Notes under the pieces: model-generated
The model's database searches: none
The model's input: only the letters and a program-made list of their open reading frames with translations
What the model was told of the DNA's origin: nothing
Made by a program: the position numbers and the translations under genes
Part shown: positions 41,701-54,026 of the stretch, one piece after another
How positions within the stretch are numbered: the first letter of the stretch is position 1
Layout: each line of letters opens with the position of its first letter
Assembly (NCBI GenBank): GCA_000320545.1
Contig: ADNK01000586.1
Span: 1 to 60,627, forward strand
Direction of reading: 5' to 3'
DNA: 60,627 nt
DNA from: Bigelowiella natans CCMP2755
Lineage: Eukaryota > Protista > Cercozoa

Positions 41701-43342
41701 TTGAAGATATACTCGATGTGCTCGACGGAGGCCGTCTGCGCACACAGCGCCATCGCGTACATGTACATGGACCAGACGATGTTTTTAGTGTGGAACAGCT
41801 CAGTATCAGATGTCGTTGCCTTTTCGGTAGGGAAGGTCGCAGGTGAGCGGGGGGCGGGGGGAGGGGTGGTATGCTTAACATCGTCATTGCTATCTTGGGA
41901 AAGGACCGGTGGTCCCTCCTTCCCTTCTCCCCCTTTCTCCATGAATAGGCTGCTGCTGCTGCTAACATCATTCTTGTTCTCAGCAGTAAAATATCGACTC
42001 TCCTCCTTCCTCTCGTTACTCGACTCGCTGCTGCTGATGCTGGTGTCCTTTTCACCGTTGCTTGTCTTCGTCGTTTGTCGCCGCAGTCGTTGTCGTTGTC
42101 GTTTTCGTTGTTGCAGATAGTTCGGGTCGTTGTTGGCCGCCTGCCGCACGGTCTCCTCCAGCAGCTCAAAGAACTCCTTCATCACCTTGTCCTTCAGCTT
42201 CAGGGAGACGCTGTGGAGCCCGTCGAGGACCGTGTTTTGGGGCATCGCATTCGATAATGGCAGCATCATATTTTCGCCTAAGGCAACGTTGTTGGATGCC
42301 CCCATCCCTGCCCCCCCCTCTGCTATTGCTGCTGCTGCTGCCGATGATGATGATGATGATGATGAGGGTGGTGATGATGCTGAGCCCCCAGGGCTAGACA
42401 CATTGCCCCCACTAGCGTTGGATTGTGGCGGAGAGAGGAAAGGGTGGGGGGAGGAGGAGGTAGCGATATTACTTTGCGATTTTTCATCGTAGTGAACATT
42501 CAACACGTCGTCGCCCTCACGCTGCTCCTGCTGCTGCTGCTGCTGCTGTTCGGAACGGGCCATATTATTTTTCTCCTCGTCGCCAGGATCATCCGTGTCG
42601 TTAATTGTCACCAGAGTTACCAGAGCAGATTTGCTGCTGCTGCGTACGCTAGCGGCTGCCTCGTTATCAAGGGAGGGTAGTGCTGGAAGTGCCAAAGAAA
42701 GGCCGTGCAATACTTGGATCTTGATGGAGTGGTTCGGAGCCGTCTTGAAGCAATGGAGGAGAACACGCCACCCCACCAGCCGCCAACACGCTCTCTGCTG
42801 CTGCTGCTGCAGTCCCTGCTGGAGCTGGAGCGAGGAGGCTTTAAGGGCGCGCGACGACTTCTGGTCGATCATGAAGTCCTGCACCGCATCGATCACGATC
42901 TGCTCGGTGGTTTTCTCCTCGCTCGCGGACATGACCTGGCGGATTTGTATCAGGTGCTCGTAGTTTGTGCTCTCACGCCGCAATAATCGCGGGGCCGTCG
43001 CCGTGGCCGCCGCCGCCGCCGCCATCTCCTCTCCCTTTCCCCCTTGCTCGGCCGCTACTGATGTCGCTGTTGCTCCCGCTGTTGCCGTATCGACCATCAC
43101 CCTGAGCGCCTTGTCTATACGCGCGCGGCACTTGATTCGTCTCACCTTACACAGCAGCTGGGCCTTCTCGTGCATGCATCGCTGGAGAACCGGCAGCTGC
43201 TCCACCTCGAAATTCACGTGGCGCCAAACCGAGATCGCGGAGTCCCTGGTGGTGGGGGGGGGGGCGCAAATGAGGGAAAAATGGCGGAGGTTGATGATGA
43301 TTGTAATGGCGACGAGGATGATTGTGATGATGGTGATGATGG

Positions 43343-43375
<33 letters not shown>

Positions 43376-44602
43376 CAGTGGTAAATATATAACCGAAGTA
43401 CCATATCGTCGTCGTCGTTACAAATACAAGCAGGGTTGACTACATCTACTACCATATTCGTGCGAGCCCAGTGCTCCTATCTACATGGGCACTTTCGAGG
43501 CGGATCAGCGACGGCTTCGTGTCCGGAAACATCTGTTGCCTGTGAATGATAAATGGAGGAAGGAGGAGGAGGAGGAGGAGGAGGAGGAGGCGGGAATTAA
43601 ATTACGCCGCCCAGCAGCAACCTCCTCACTTCCCATTGTTATTCGAAACATGCTCTCTCTCTCTCTCTCTCTCTCCCTCCCTCCCCCCCCCCCCCCCCAC
43701 ACACACCTATCGCGCTCCTCCGATAACCGCTGCTCCCTCCTGGCCATAAACAGAGCCTGCTGGACCCTCCCCAGGTGATGGAGCAGCACCGCAAACACTG
43801 CATGGATAATTGCCTGGTAGTAGCGGCGGCTCGAGGGGCGGAGGATCACCCGTTTGGTATGCGGGCGCTGCACGCCGTTGATGACGGCCATGAAGTGCTT
43901 CGCAAGGTCTTGAGGCCCATCCGGGTGCATTAAGTCCTGTAAGAAACGGTTCTCCTCGTTGCTGCCGCTGGCGTGCTGCTGGTGCTGCCGCCGGCGGGGG
44001 AATTCGTCAAGGAGATTTCGGTAGAGGAGCTCTTGGGGCGACGCAGGAGAAGTGCGAGCATTCGTGTCTGTCGCTGTCGCGGCAGCGGCCGAACCCTCCC
44101 CGCTATCAGTATCAGCAGCAGGTGTCCCTTCCACCACCCCCTCCTTCAACGATGATGACGATGACGGCAACGACGACGACGACGATGACCGCGATGAGGG
44201 AATCTCTGATGAGATGAAGGATGGCGCCAGCGCTGCGGCGGCGGCGGCAGTAGCCTTGATGTCTTCCTCGAATGTAGGGTCGGGGTTTATATAGCATTCC
44301 TGGAGGCCGCTGCTGAATAGCGTGGGACCAGAGAAGTGCTTCCCCCCCCCCCTCTGCCCAGTATCACCTGTCGCCGGCTGCTGCTGCTGCTGCTGCTGCT
44401 GGGGATACTGCTGGTGATGGCCGGGAATGGAAGCTGCGAGCGATACGTGGGACTGGCAGCGATGTAAACAAAGGAGCAAATGTGATGATATTGATGCTAA
44501 TGATGATGATAACGATGATAATGATGATGATGATGATGCCGGTGGTTTTGAGGACGGCGCACGGCATCAACATCATAACCCCAGGGTGAGAGAAAGACAG
44601 AC

Positions 44603-44645
<43 letters not shown>

Positions 44646-44832
44646 AGGGGGAGAGAGGGAGGGAGAGAGGAGAAAATGACGGTTGGGAGAGGACGCCATA
44701 TGAAACATGGTAGTCGATCAATAGTTTTTCAACGACCGGCATCATCATCGATGCGCTCTTTCCCCCCTCTAACCACCCACGAAAGCCCCCACCTCTACTA
44801 CCTCCCATCACAACTAGTATATTCGGGCATTG

Positions 44833-44868
<36 letters not shown>

Positions 44869-47800
44869 TCGCGAGTAGCTTCATTCACCTCTGGCAGGGC
44901 AGGTGGCGGTCCCTTGATAAGCACAGCTGAAATCTCTCCTGCAAGAATCCCCGCCGCGTGCGCGATCAGGCCGATGGACGACGTGCCAAGCCCCTGACTG
45001 CCTGCATCCTGCTGCTGCGCTTCGCTGCTGCTTTCCGCTGCTGCTTTGGATAGATGGCTCATGGCCATAAGTCCATTCCCCGACGACGGCCCGACATCAT
45101 TGCAGATCTGCCCTGCCGTTTCCATGAGGATGGCGAGACTTGGCGTCACGCGGACGAGCGGGCGATGCGCGCCATTCAGCACCGTGTCGTGGAGCTGCAT
45201 GATCAACGAGCTGAAGAGCGAGGATGGCGGGGCGTTGGGCGCCATCACGAGGGAGTGGTGTATGAATGTGTCCTCCTCAACAATGCGAAGGATCCTCTTC
45301 CTCACTCGGGTGGGGGGGGGGGGAGTGGAGGAGGGGGAAGGAGAACGTATTTGGGTAGTTGTCGGGCTTGTCTTGACGTCAATTGGTGCTGGCCTTCGGA
45401 GCTGCGCCCCCTCCCCCCCTCCCCCTCCTTCTCCCCCTTTCATACTTGGTCCCTCACCTTGGGAAGCCTTGGCCTCTTTTATCTCGACGCCAGACTTTTC
45501 GTCACTCTCGGCCTTCTCCTCCTTCTCCTCCTTCACCTCCCTCTTCGTTTTGCACACGACGTGAATGCGGACAGGTTTGAGGGCTTGGCGCGTCTCTAAT
45601 AGGAATGAGTAGCAGAGGTCGAGGAGATGCGTCTCTCCGTTCCCTATCATCACCCTCGCTTTCTGTTCCTTACCCCCCCCCACCCCCCCCCTCATGGTTC
45701 TGCCCCCCGTCGAGTTTTTGCTTTTTCTGTCTTCGTCGTCTTTAGTGGTGGCTTGGGCTGCTGCTGGCAGAGCCGCTATAGTCTCACTAGCCTCCTCATT
45801 ATCCGTCTCTCCTCCTCCTTCTCCTCCTCCCTCTTTCGTACTGCCATCGCCACTCGACAGACGGGATAGACTAGCACTGCAAGACGACGACGACGGCGAC
45901 GGCGACATAATAGGGCCAAGCCTTCGTCCATACCTCCGAAACTGTCGCCTCCCGGAGGAGCTACTTCTGCATTTCTTCACGGCGCTTTTACTTTTGATGT
46001 TCTTCCTGATGGGGTCCTTCTTCCATCGCTCCCTCCTGGCCTTACTGCTGCTAGTTCCCCATGGACTAGTAGAGTCCTTCCACGTGCCCTTCCCCTCCTT
46101 CTCGCCGATTCCCTCCTCCTCTCTCGGCGCCGTCACAGCCGCTTTGAGCTCCGCCTGACCGAGCCGAGACTGCATCATTTTCATGAGCTCGACGCCCTTG
46201 GAGAGCAAGCGATGGCCGTATCGTGATATGACGACCGCCTGGTCTCGGATAAGGAGAGACAGGGAAGAGGACGACGACGACGATGACGAGGAAATGATGC
46301 CGCCCCAGCGATCCTTGCAGGCCGCCAGGTGGCTTCTTGCGACGAAGTCTTTTTTGACAAAGTCGTGCACCACGAAGAGAAAGCTCTGAAAGGCGGCGAC
46401 AGCCTCACATTCCAGGAACGAGAACAGATCATGGGTATGAGTCGTGGTGCTGCTCAGCAGGATCGCTTCCATCAGCTCCTCGAGCAGGGAAAGGCCTTCC
46501 GAGCCAGCGTGGCAAGCCCAGTACCATTGATTCATGGTGCTCACTTCGACCAACTGATGGTGGCGATGGTAATGACTATGAGGGTTGCTGTGTAGCTGAA
46601 GCAGCGAGGTGGTGGCAATGGTGATGATGGTGATGGCGATTGTGATGGTCTTAGACGAAGGTGAGTAGTGCCAGGCGTGTGTGTGAGAGAGGGGGGGGGG
46701 GGGGGGGGGAGAGAGAGAATGGTAAATGTAAAAACGATTATTGCCTTTTGGAGACTTCGTTTGTAGTTCATCTCTTCGAGACTGGAAGCAATCTACGCGC
46801 CAAATAAAGCAAAGGAGATATATGAAAAAACGATAATGGATACGTATTCTTCTTTTCGAGTTGCTCCTGATGAATCTCAATGTGATTTCCGTTACGAGCT
46901 ACTCACTCCTAATTCTCAGCTACTATGACGACATTGACGAGACGACAACGACGAGCACGGCCACAACCCTTTCCGCATTCTTCTCGTGCACGTAAGCCTT
47001 CATAGCTGAAGCCATATAAATTGGTATGCATGCGTGAAGAACGATGCGGTAGAAGGGGAGAAAACAGGTACATAGAAAATATCGTAGATTGATATTATTT
47101 GCGTATGGTGAGTGCGTGTGGTGTGGGGTGGGGCGGGGTGAAGCACTTACGGAATTGAGACAAGTCGATCTCCAAGATGCCTTCTTCAGAGCAGTTAATA
47201 ACACTGCCAATACCGAACTGTGTCCTTACTTTCAAATACTGTTGCTGCGCAAGAGGATCCCATCGTCGCTTTGGAGTAGGAGATTCTTCATTTAGCCGTT
47301 TCTGCCAAGGACGTCGGATGACGTGATGATGATGATAATTATTATTGTTATCATACAATGACTGGTACATTTAGGCACGTTTATACAGTATCTTTTCTTG
47401 TGCGTGCGCACACATACAAATATGTGTAAGTTGTACGTTGGCTGGAATTTACCACGCACACATACAAATATGCGTAAGTTGTACGTTGGCTGGAATTTAC
47501 CACTGATCTAAGCATACCTTCAGGATGGCATTGCGACTCCTCACTTGTTCTCGAAGGTTGATGAAAAACTTCAAATCCGTCTCGCACAATTTCTAATCAT
47601 GGTTATGTGCAAAAGCAATATCAGTGCAATTATAGGCGAACCCTGCAATAATTTTGTGTAGTTTATAGGCGATTAATATAACCGATGTGCCCAGGCCGTA
47701 TTGCTTGGCTTCTGATGCGGACGCTATGACAGCCTTTGCCAGGCTAGCCAGCTGTGCTACCAACCCTCCACTCTGAGCGCAATTCCTCCTGTCTAAATTC

Positions 47801-47917
47801 TTGAGGAGCGACCAGACAGCAGCAAGTTTTTTGGCTTTCCTAGACGTCAGAATAGGGGCCTGATTCTTCTGCAAAAAAACGGCGAACCTTCGATGCGGGG
47901 TAACGTACCTGTTCCAT
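27345..47917 (-). CDS. Giant HECT-domain E3 ubiquitin ligase (HERC1/2-like HECT) with UBA-like domain(s) and extensive low-complexity regions
   Basis: The C-terminal HECT domain reads VKFLGYGSIDAGGPYR...LPLFIQTPN, FIGMLIG, LPSLVWKLL, IDLVADGQSVLVTWDN, FLRFVWGRSRL and LPISHTCFFTLDLPPY (catalytic Cys). A UBA-like segment GYTPEQCEEAMRAAGGEMSSALVQLL lies at about 34480-34570. Long same-strand ORFs continue to about 47.9 kb. The start (MEQ/KNQAP) and single-gene status are inferred. Confidence 0.85.
31105..31252. repeat. Hexamer microsatellite (CGTGTT)n grading into (CGTGTG)n, intronic
   Basis: Directly visible. Confidence 0.95.
32603..32682. repeat. 15-bp minisatellite (GATGACGATATTGAC)x~5, intronic
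   Basis: Directly visible. Confidence 0.9.
47407..47502. repeat. 48-bp direct tandem duplication
   Basis: CGCACACATACAAATATG(T/C)GTAAGTTGTACGTTGGCTGGAATTTACCA occurs twice with one mismatch. Confidence 0.95.
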
Positions 47918-49504
47918 TTTGGATGATCATGGGGGGAGGAGGTAAGAGTATCCTTGGTTAGAAAATTTCGCTATCGGTGATTAGGTTATATTTTCGAGTC
48001 CTTACAAAAAGTCTTCAGACTCCGCATCCTTAAAAGAGGAGAGTTTACATCGCAGAGGAGAAACAACCTAACGAGCGACAAAGAGAGTCTCTTGTTAGGA
48101 CAACAACAGGTATGAAAATCTATAAACTATGTGAGATATGGAGGACGTTTTTCCTCAGTTCGTCCCTCCATTTTCTCCCCAATTCATCTGAAGTAGTCTC
48201 CGTCGCCAGATACTTGATTCCGACTGTCAAAGAGTTAGTTTGGGAGATCAGCTGCAATAATCAAGAATCTGCTCACATTATGAGAGACTCACAATCACAC
48301 ATAGGCACATACCGAGGGGGATATCTGGGTCCAACCCCATTTTCACCGTCTCCCCCTCGCGTGGGGAGTTCGTGGGGAGTTAGCGAATGGGCTTGCACTT
48401 GATAGCTCTAGAGAGCACGGGACAAAAAGTAAACCGAGGAGGATTTTAGGCCTGCGACAATAAAAATCAGGAGGAGAAGAGCATAAATCCTGAGACTTGT
48501 GAGGCTTTGACGCTGAGATATCGTAATAAAGCTTTGAACTGCTTTCTTGTCGCAAGCGGTGGTTCCAGGACGATTTTGCCCCTCTGTTCGCAGATCGTCG
48601 CAAGCGTAGATGTCTTGGGTGTTGAGGCACTGCCTTCAATTTGCATGAGATTTCTGCCAACGGCATGCCTGCTTACATGTCGCATGTGTGAAACGAATCA
48701 GTGCATCCGACGTGGCACCTCTTCCTCTGCAATCTCCCGAGAGGTTCATCTTGTGCTTAGTCTGCAGCTTGCGGCTGATTCCAGCCTGTCTGAAGATTTG
48801 GTCGATCAGCAGCACAAATTATACGGCCAATTTTTGCCTCTAATCAACAGAATTTCGAAGGTGAACCAACCAATCAATCAACGTGCGGTTCGCTCGGCGA
48901 CAATGGCCCCAAGCAGGAAGTCACCCGGGTGTTAGAGTGTGAGTGCACGGAGGACACTGTGTCTGTGTCTGAACGTTCACGGACGCTTGTCAACCAAACA
49001 GACGTAGCAAGGATCTTCGTTGCACATGGGCAGCGAAAAAAAGCGGCAACGAGCATGCACAAGCAAAGACGAGGATGTCGGACTGAACCTTTGCTAGCTT
49101 TGCTGAACTGTCAAAGCCAAAAGGGCAACTAGTGATCGACGGATGCAAAGTGATGGATTCACATCGCATTGCTGCTCACAGCCAGCTTGTCATCACTGCA
49201 TGATGAGGACGTGATCACTGACAGGTCGTGCTAGCGTGCCACGGACACAGTCTAGCAGTTCGTTGTTGGCAATGTGTGCGCGCAAGTGCAACAATTGAAC
49301 CAGAAACGTCGTCCATGTTGAGAGTGAAACTTTCGATCACAATCAAGTCGACCTGCCAGCAGCACAATGATGCACTGCATGCCGTCGAGCGATGAACAAG
49401 ACCAACAGCAGCCGTAGCAGCAGCAACGATCGAACGCAGAACAACGTGCGTGCACATCTGAACATGAAATGCAAATTGACCTATGCTAGTGCAGCTGTTC
49501 TGTG

Positions 49505-50591
49505 TCAACTGCGCACGATGCGAAGCCAGAAAACTCCAAATGCAATGCCGATGAGGAAGCATGCCAACGCTGAGCCGGAATCTCCTTGTTCGTTGTACGC
49601 GCTTGAATGAGAAGATGGAGGATGAGGTAGCCCCTGCACGTATTCATGATCTCAAATGAGAACGACAAACGATGGCGACGAGGTCGACGAAACAATGATG
49701 ACAGGTATCATAATGCTGCTGTACCTGCGCGTTGTGCGTGCTTGTAAATTGAGGGCCCTTCGGCTTCTCCACAATGTGACATTCCTCCATCATATCGAGC
49801 AAAGGGAACTCGCGCTCCAAATAACTAGTTGCGTATATTTCACCGAAGTGAACATGTATCAATGATAAAAATATGTTTTACTCCGTATGGTGTTGGGGAA
49901 ATTATTCCTACCTATTGCCCTCAAGCCAGTACTTTTGCACATCTGGACCATGGCACGTCGAGCACTTGAAGAAGGGAAAATCTCCATACCTTAGTGAGAA
50001 CGATAATAATATAAGTCAAATGCCACCTGTTTTCTGTTCTAGCTTTATCTCTTCCCCCCCTCCCTCCCATACGCACAACCAGACAATTAGTTCTGTTGTG
50101 ACTATAGTGGCAGCAGCAGCTGCAGCTCTGGTAATAGTATTTGTAGTAGTAAGCTAGCTCGAACATCAGGAGGTCCTACTGATTCTGCCCATCCAAACAT
50201 TTCTGCACAACCACACGCAACCACACGCACACACACACACACACACGCGCGCGCGCCTAGGTTTGACATACCCTCCATAAAATTGATCCACAACACGCTC
50301 CATCCCATCGCCAACGACCTATGAACGAACGCACGAATGGGGTAGAGAGAGATAAGTAAGAAGAGGGAGGAGGGAAAGGAGGAGAGGGGTGTTCGGCGCA
50401 TGGCGCTTGTAATTGTATGATTATATCATCTTAACCTCTGCGAATGGCACCTCCCATGGCTCTCGTCCTAACCACATGTTCGGTTTAACGACGAAGAATA
50501 TCGAGGCGGACCTACACAGTGTTCGGAAGAAGAGGTGAGGGAGGAGGAGGAGGAGGAGGAGGAGGAGGAGGAGGAGAGGTATCAGCAAATA

Positions 50592-50633
<42 letters not shown>

Positions 50634-51000
50634 AAATCAGAACTCGATCCCAAATGCATATACACATGCAATTAGTACCGGGTATTTGGCCCCCCTCCTG
50701 CATAAGATAGCTGGCCTCGTTTCAGCATGTTCTTATTTGCTCGTTGATCGGGAGGCTGGAAGGAAAGGCACGTCGTATCATGAACAACAATAGATGCTGT
50801 GTTTTCTCTCCTTCTTATGCTTTTGCCTTTTGCCATATCATCCCCTTCCCCCCCCCTTCGAACCGATATTCGCTCCACCAGCACGCATCTCATGGTAAAA
50901 ATTCATCTTACTTTGGGGTCGTCTTGAATGTTTTGGTGCCTGATCACTACTGAAGGAGCTGTTGCGTCGCAGTAGACATCAACATGTCCAACAAGTCAAG

Positions 51001-51041
<41 letters not shown>

Positions 51042-51625
51042 GGTGGTGGTAGTAATAGTTGGTATTGATATGTTGTGGAACGTTCAACGAGCACGGACAG
51101 AATGCACGGAAATCTACTTGTGGAATCATCCAAGCATAGTACAAATGCTACCTCGCTACCACACAACAATACATTTGCTCATTATCTGTGCTTCTGCTTC
51201 TACTGTTTCCTCTATGTTTTGATGTAGCTACTGATTACTATCGCGGTCCTGCCAATCCTCGCCAAATTGCACAATATCTCCGTTCACACGGCCAAGACCT
51301 ACACAGAGAACACCACCATCACTTTCATCATCATCATCATCATCATCATCATCGATGATAATAACGATAAATTACTATCATTATCAACAACGAGACTGCC
51401 ATTCGGCTAGTCTGCATGCTGCCAAGTACCACCACATGGCATATGGATGAGATCTCATACGCATGACGTGTTTCGTTTGTTGAATTTTATGTTGTCGAGA
51501 GCACCAATGTTATTGAAGTGTTCCATCCGGACAAGGTCCAGATATCTTTTTGCTCCTGTACGTCGGGGGGGAGGAGCAGGATTATGAGTCGGCTGAGAAG
51601 CCTCCGACACGGCAACAAGGGGTTT

Positions 51626-51664
<39 letters not shown>

Positions 51665-52029
51665 ACAAATAGAAAGAAAGAGAGGGAGAGAGAGACGGAA
51701 AGTGATGTATCATCATTCGCATTGAGACAGACCAAGCGGTGCCCATTCAGGGTGTACGTCGATATCGATCTCCCCCTTTGTAGTCGTACAGTGCACTCGG
51801 ACGGTCTCCTCCACCTGACGGGAATGGAGGAAAAACTTAGGTACACACACATCAGGAATAGACTGGGTAACAACATGTGCGTGAAAAGTGGGACATTGAT
51901 GTTTACCGCCATTCCATTGACACAACTACCATCAACGGTATGGTACCGCATTGAACGAACCTCTTCAGCCTGCGCAGGATGTGCGTGCGACATCAGAAGG
52001 AGCGGGAGCCAAGCAAGGATTGCCATCAT
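49505..52029 (-). CDS. Cyclophilin-type peptidyl-prolyl isomerase-like protein with signal peptide and C-terminal transmembrane anchor
   Basis: Spliced exons read: MMAILAWLPLLLMSHAHPAQAEE / VEETVRVHCTTTKGEIDIDVHPEWAPLG / AKRYLDLV...F / LGRVNGDIVQFG / IQDDP / KRGQLSYAGGGPNTR / SASIFF...LGREPWEVPFAE / VVGDGMERVVDQFYGG / YGDFP...GPDVQK..LEGN / YLEREFPLLD / ...SALACFLIGIAFGVFWLRIVRS*. Confidence 0.85.
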
Positions 52030-52522
52030 ACACACAGTTCCGTGTATCAATTTCGCCAACACGCGTGTGCAGTCCTTGTCTCGCCGTTACCGCCTGCTTC
52101 TTCCCACCTCTTTCCCTTCTATCCTTGGTACGACGTCGTCATCATCATAACGTGGATTTGGAGGCGGGCTGCTCTTTCTGTGCTCCAGAGGTCCAGAAAT
52201 TTTAGGAAATATCGGAAAACATCTGACAAATGCGTGAGATTTTCTTTCTGCGACAACACAATATTGAGAGCACCATCGACCACAGAGTGGTAGGAAACAT
52301 TTTGTACGGAGAATGTCCCAATTCCCTAGGAAGGATTTCATTTAAACACTTTCCGCAATGATTTTTGCTGAGGCGCTGCTGCATGCGCACGCCTGTTTTC
52401 CATGTGGTTCTGGTGCACGTGGATTTGCATCAATGCTTTGTTCATTGTTCATTGTTCACTTTCGCACACTGCAAACATCTGAAAGCGATGAAGGTCTAAG
52501 GGAATAAGGAAGGAAGGAAGGA

Positions 52523-52726
52523 GCAACGTGACTTGGGGGAGGTGTAGCGCGTACCACTACGCGGGCACAAGTCACGTGCGACAACAAAGGGGTTGTCGCG
52601 GATATAGAATATAGATAACGTAGATATTAATACAGCATGGGCACGTGGGTTCCGGCGGGACTCATGGCAGCACACCGGAAGTGTGCTGCCCCACGTGCGG
52701 CGGCATTCGCGAAAGCTTCGCGAATG
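52523..52726. other. Cluster of six perfect GC-rich stems arranged as two similar modules (candidate structured ncRNA or mobile-element terminus)
   Basis: Stem pairs: ACGTGACTTG/CAAGTCACGT, CGCGTA/TACGCG, GCGACAAC/GTTGTCGC, GCACGTGG/CCACGTGC, GGCAGCACAC/GTGTGCTGCC and CATTCGCGAA/TTCGCGAATG. Confidence 0.7.
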
Positions 52727-53019
52727 ATTACGCAGTGCACGATTTAATAAAAATATAATCTTTAATAAAAATAAACACAACTCTTCAAAAGGAAGCAAAC
52801 GTGCCTTTCCCCCCCCCCTGCCTACTTGTGCACGTAGCGCCTCGGCCTGTGAACACCTTACGCGCAACATGCTTTGGAAGTGCAGTTTTTCATCGTTGTC
52901 TTTGTCTTCTTTGGAGTCGCACAGTTCGTTGGTGCGCAGTTCGTTTGTGTCAATTCAATGTTCAATGTTCCATCGTGCTGGTTTTTTTCACACTTGAGAG
53001 TCCCGTTGTCTTCAGCCCG

Positions 53020-53348
53020 AAGGGTGGTGCTGTTTGTTGTGCAATTTCCATGAGGACATGACGCTTCGTCACCCACTGCTGTCCCATCAAGCAACGATTC
53101 ACGTCACGCTCAGATTCTGGAACAAAGTGCGACGCCTTCTCTCTCGACACCACGCACCTGGGGACCAAGCGGTCACTCTGGGAGTTTTCACAGCCGTGAC
53201 TTCCAGTGAGAAAGTGCTGCTTGCTCTGGCTAGCTGGGCGCAAAAACAGGCTGGCGTGTTGTTCACTGACAAGAAAGTTTGCAAGGCCTTTCGCCGTGCA
53301 ATCGTCCAGCTTGTGTCGACCTTGCTGCGGTGTGCCCCAGCTAGCTAG
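53020..53348 (+). mobile_element. Degenerate 3' fragment of a non-LTR retrotransposon (L1/Tx1-like C-terminal zinc-knuckle region)
   Basis: The frame reads WCCLLCNFHEDMTLRHPLLSH...RFWNKVRR, resembling CxxC..ETxxHLxxxC....FW of LINE ORF2. No RT motifs are visible, and the fragment lies inside a TpA-erased tract. Confidence 0.45.
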
Positions 53349-54026
53349 ACAGGGGGAGCTGCCTCGCTCTCTCGGTGACCCACCCTTTCTTTCTGTTTTC
53401 CCACTCTCTCCCGCCCTCTGCCAACACCTAGAACACGATCACCCTTTCATTTCAAACTTGACCACGATGACATTTCGTCCAATGCGATGCTGCTTGTCTG
53501 ATGAGCGTTCGTCCGGTCGTGCATGAATGGCATCACTAGATCACATCGCGCTGCACGTGCGTGCGCCCACAGTGTAGCTGCAGGCGGATGCGCACGTTCG
53601 GAGCGTCCCAGTCTTGTGCATGCATGTTGCTCGAGTGCGCATGGTGCTGTGCACATGCCGTCGTGCCTCTCTGCACGATGGCACACAATGATGTGCGTGC
53701 CTTGCAATGAACTTTCAGACACACGTGCATTGCGTGTACGAAACAGTCTGCAAATCATGCAATGGCGGACGATCTTGAGGCGAGCACACATGTTGAGATG
53801 CAGCGACAAATGAGGCGGCAGCTAGGCAGCCATGGCTAGTTGGGTGCAGACAATGTTTCACAACATGGACATGGCATGTGCAACATGTCATTGAAACAAT
53901 GTGTCTGTTGTTTCAGTCCGACACGCTCAGATGAATGATGATTTTTTTTGCTGTGACGTTGACATGTCGTCCAATGCAATACAGACGGCGTGGGTGTGCA
54001 TCATGGACAGCTGCTCTGTGCTGTGC

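Noticed and set aside
32977-46158. Long plus-strand ORFs (e.g. 32977-34062, 41149-42120)
   Set aside because: Antisense shadows of GC-rich HECT exons.
52641-52740. HDV-like or hammerhead ribozyme interpretation of hairpin module B
   Set aside because: The P3/L3 and J4/2 elements (HDV) and the CUGANGA/GAAA/NUH elements (hammerhead) are not matched.
53470-53530. CTGATGAG resembling a hammerhead ribozyme core
   Set aside because: No same-strand GAAA or stems in the required arrangement.
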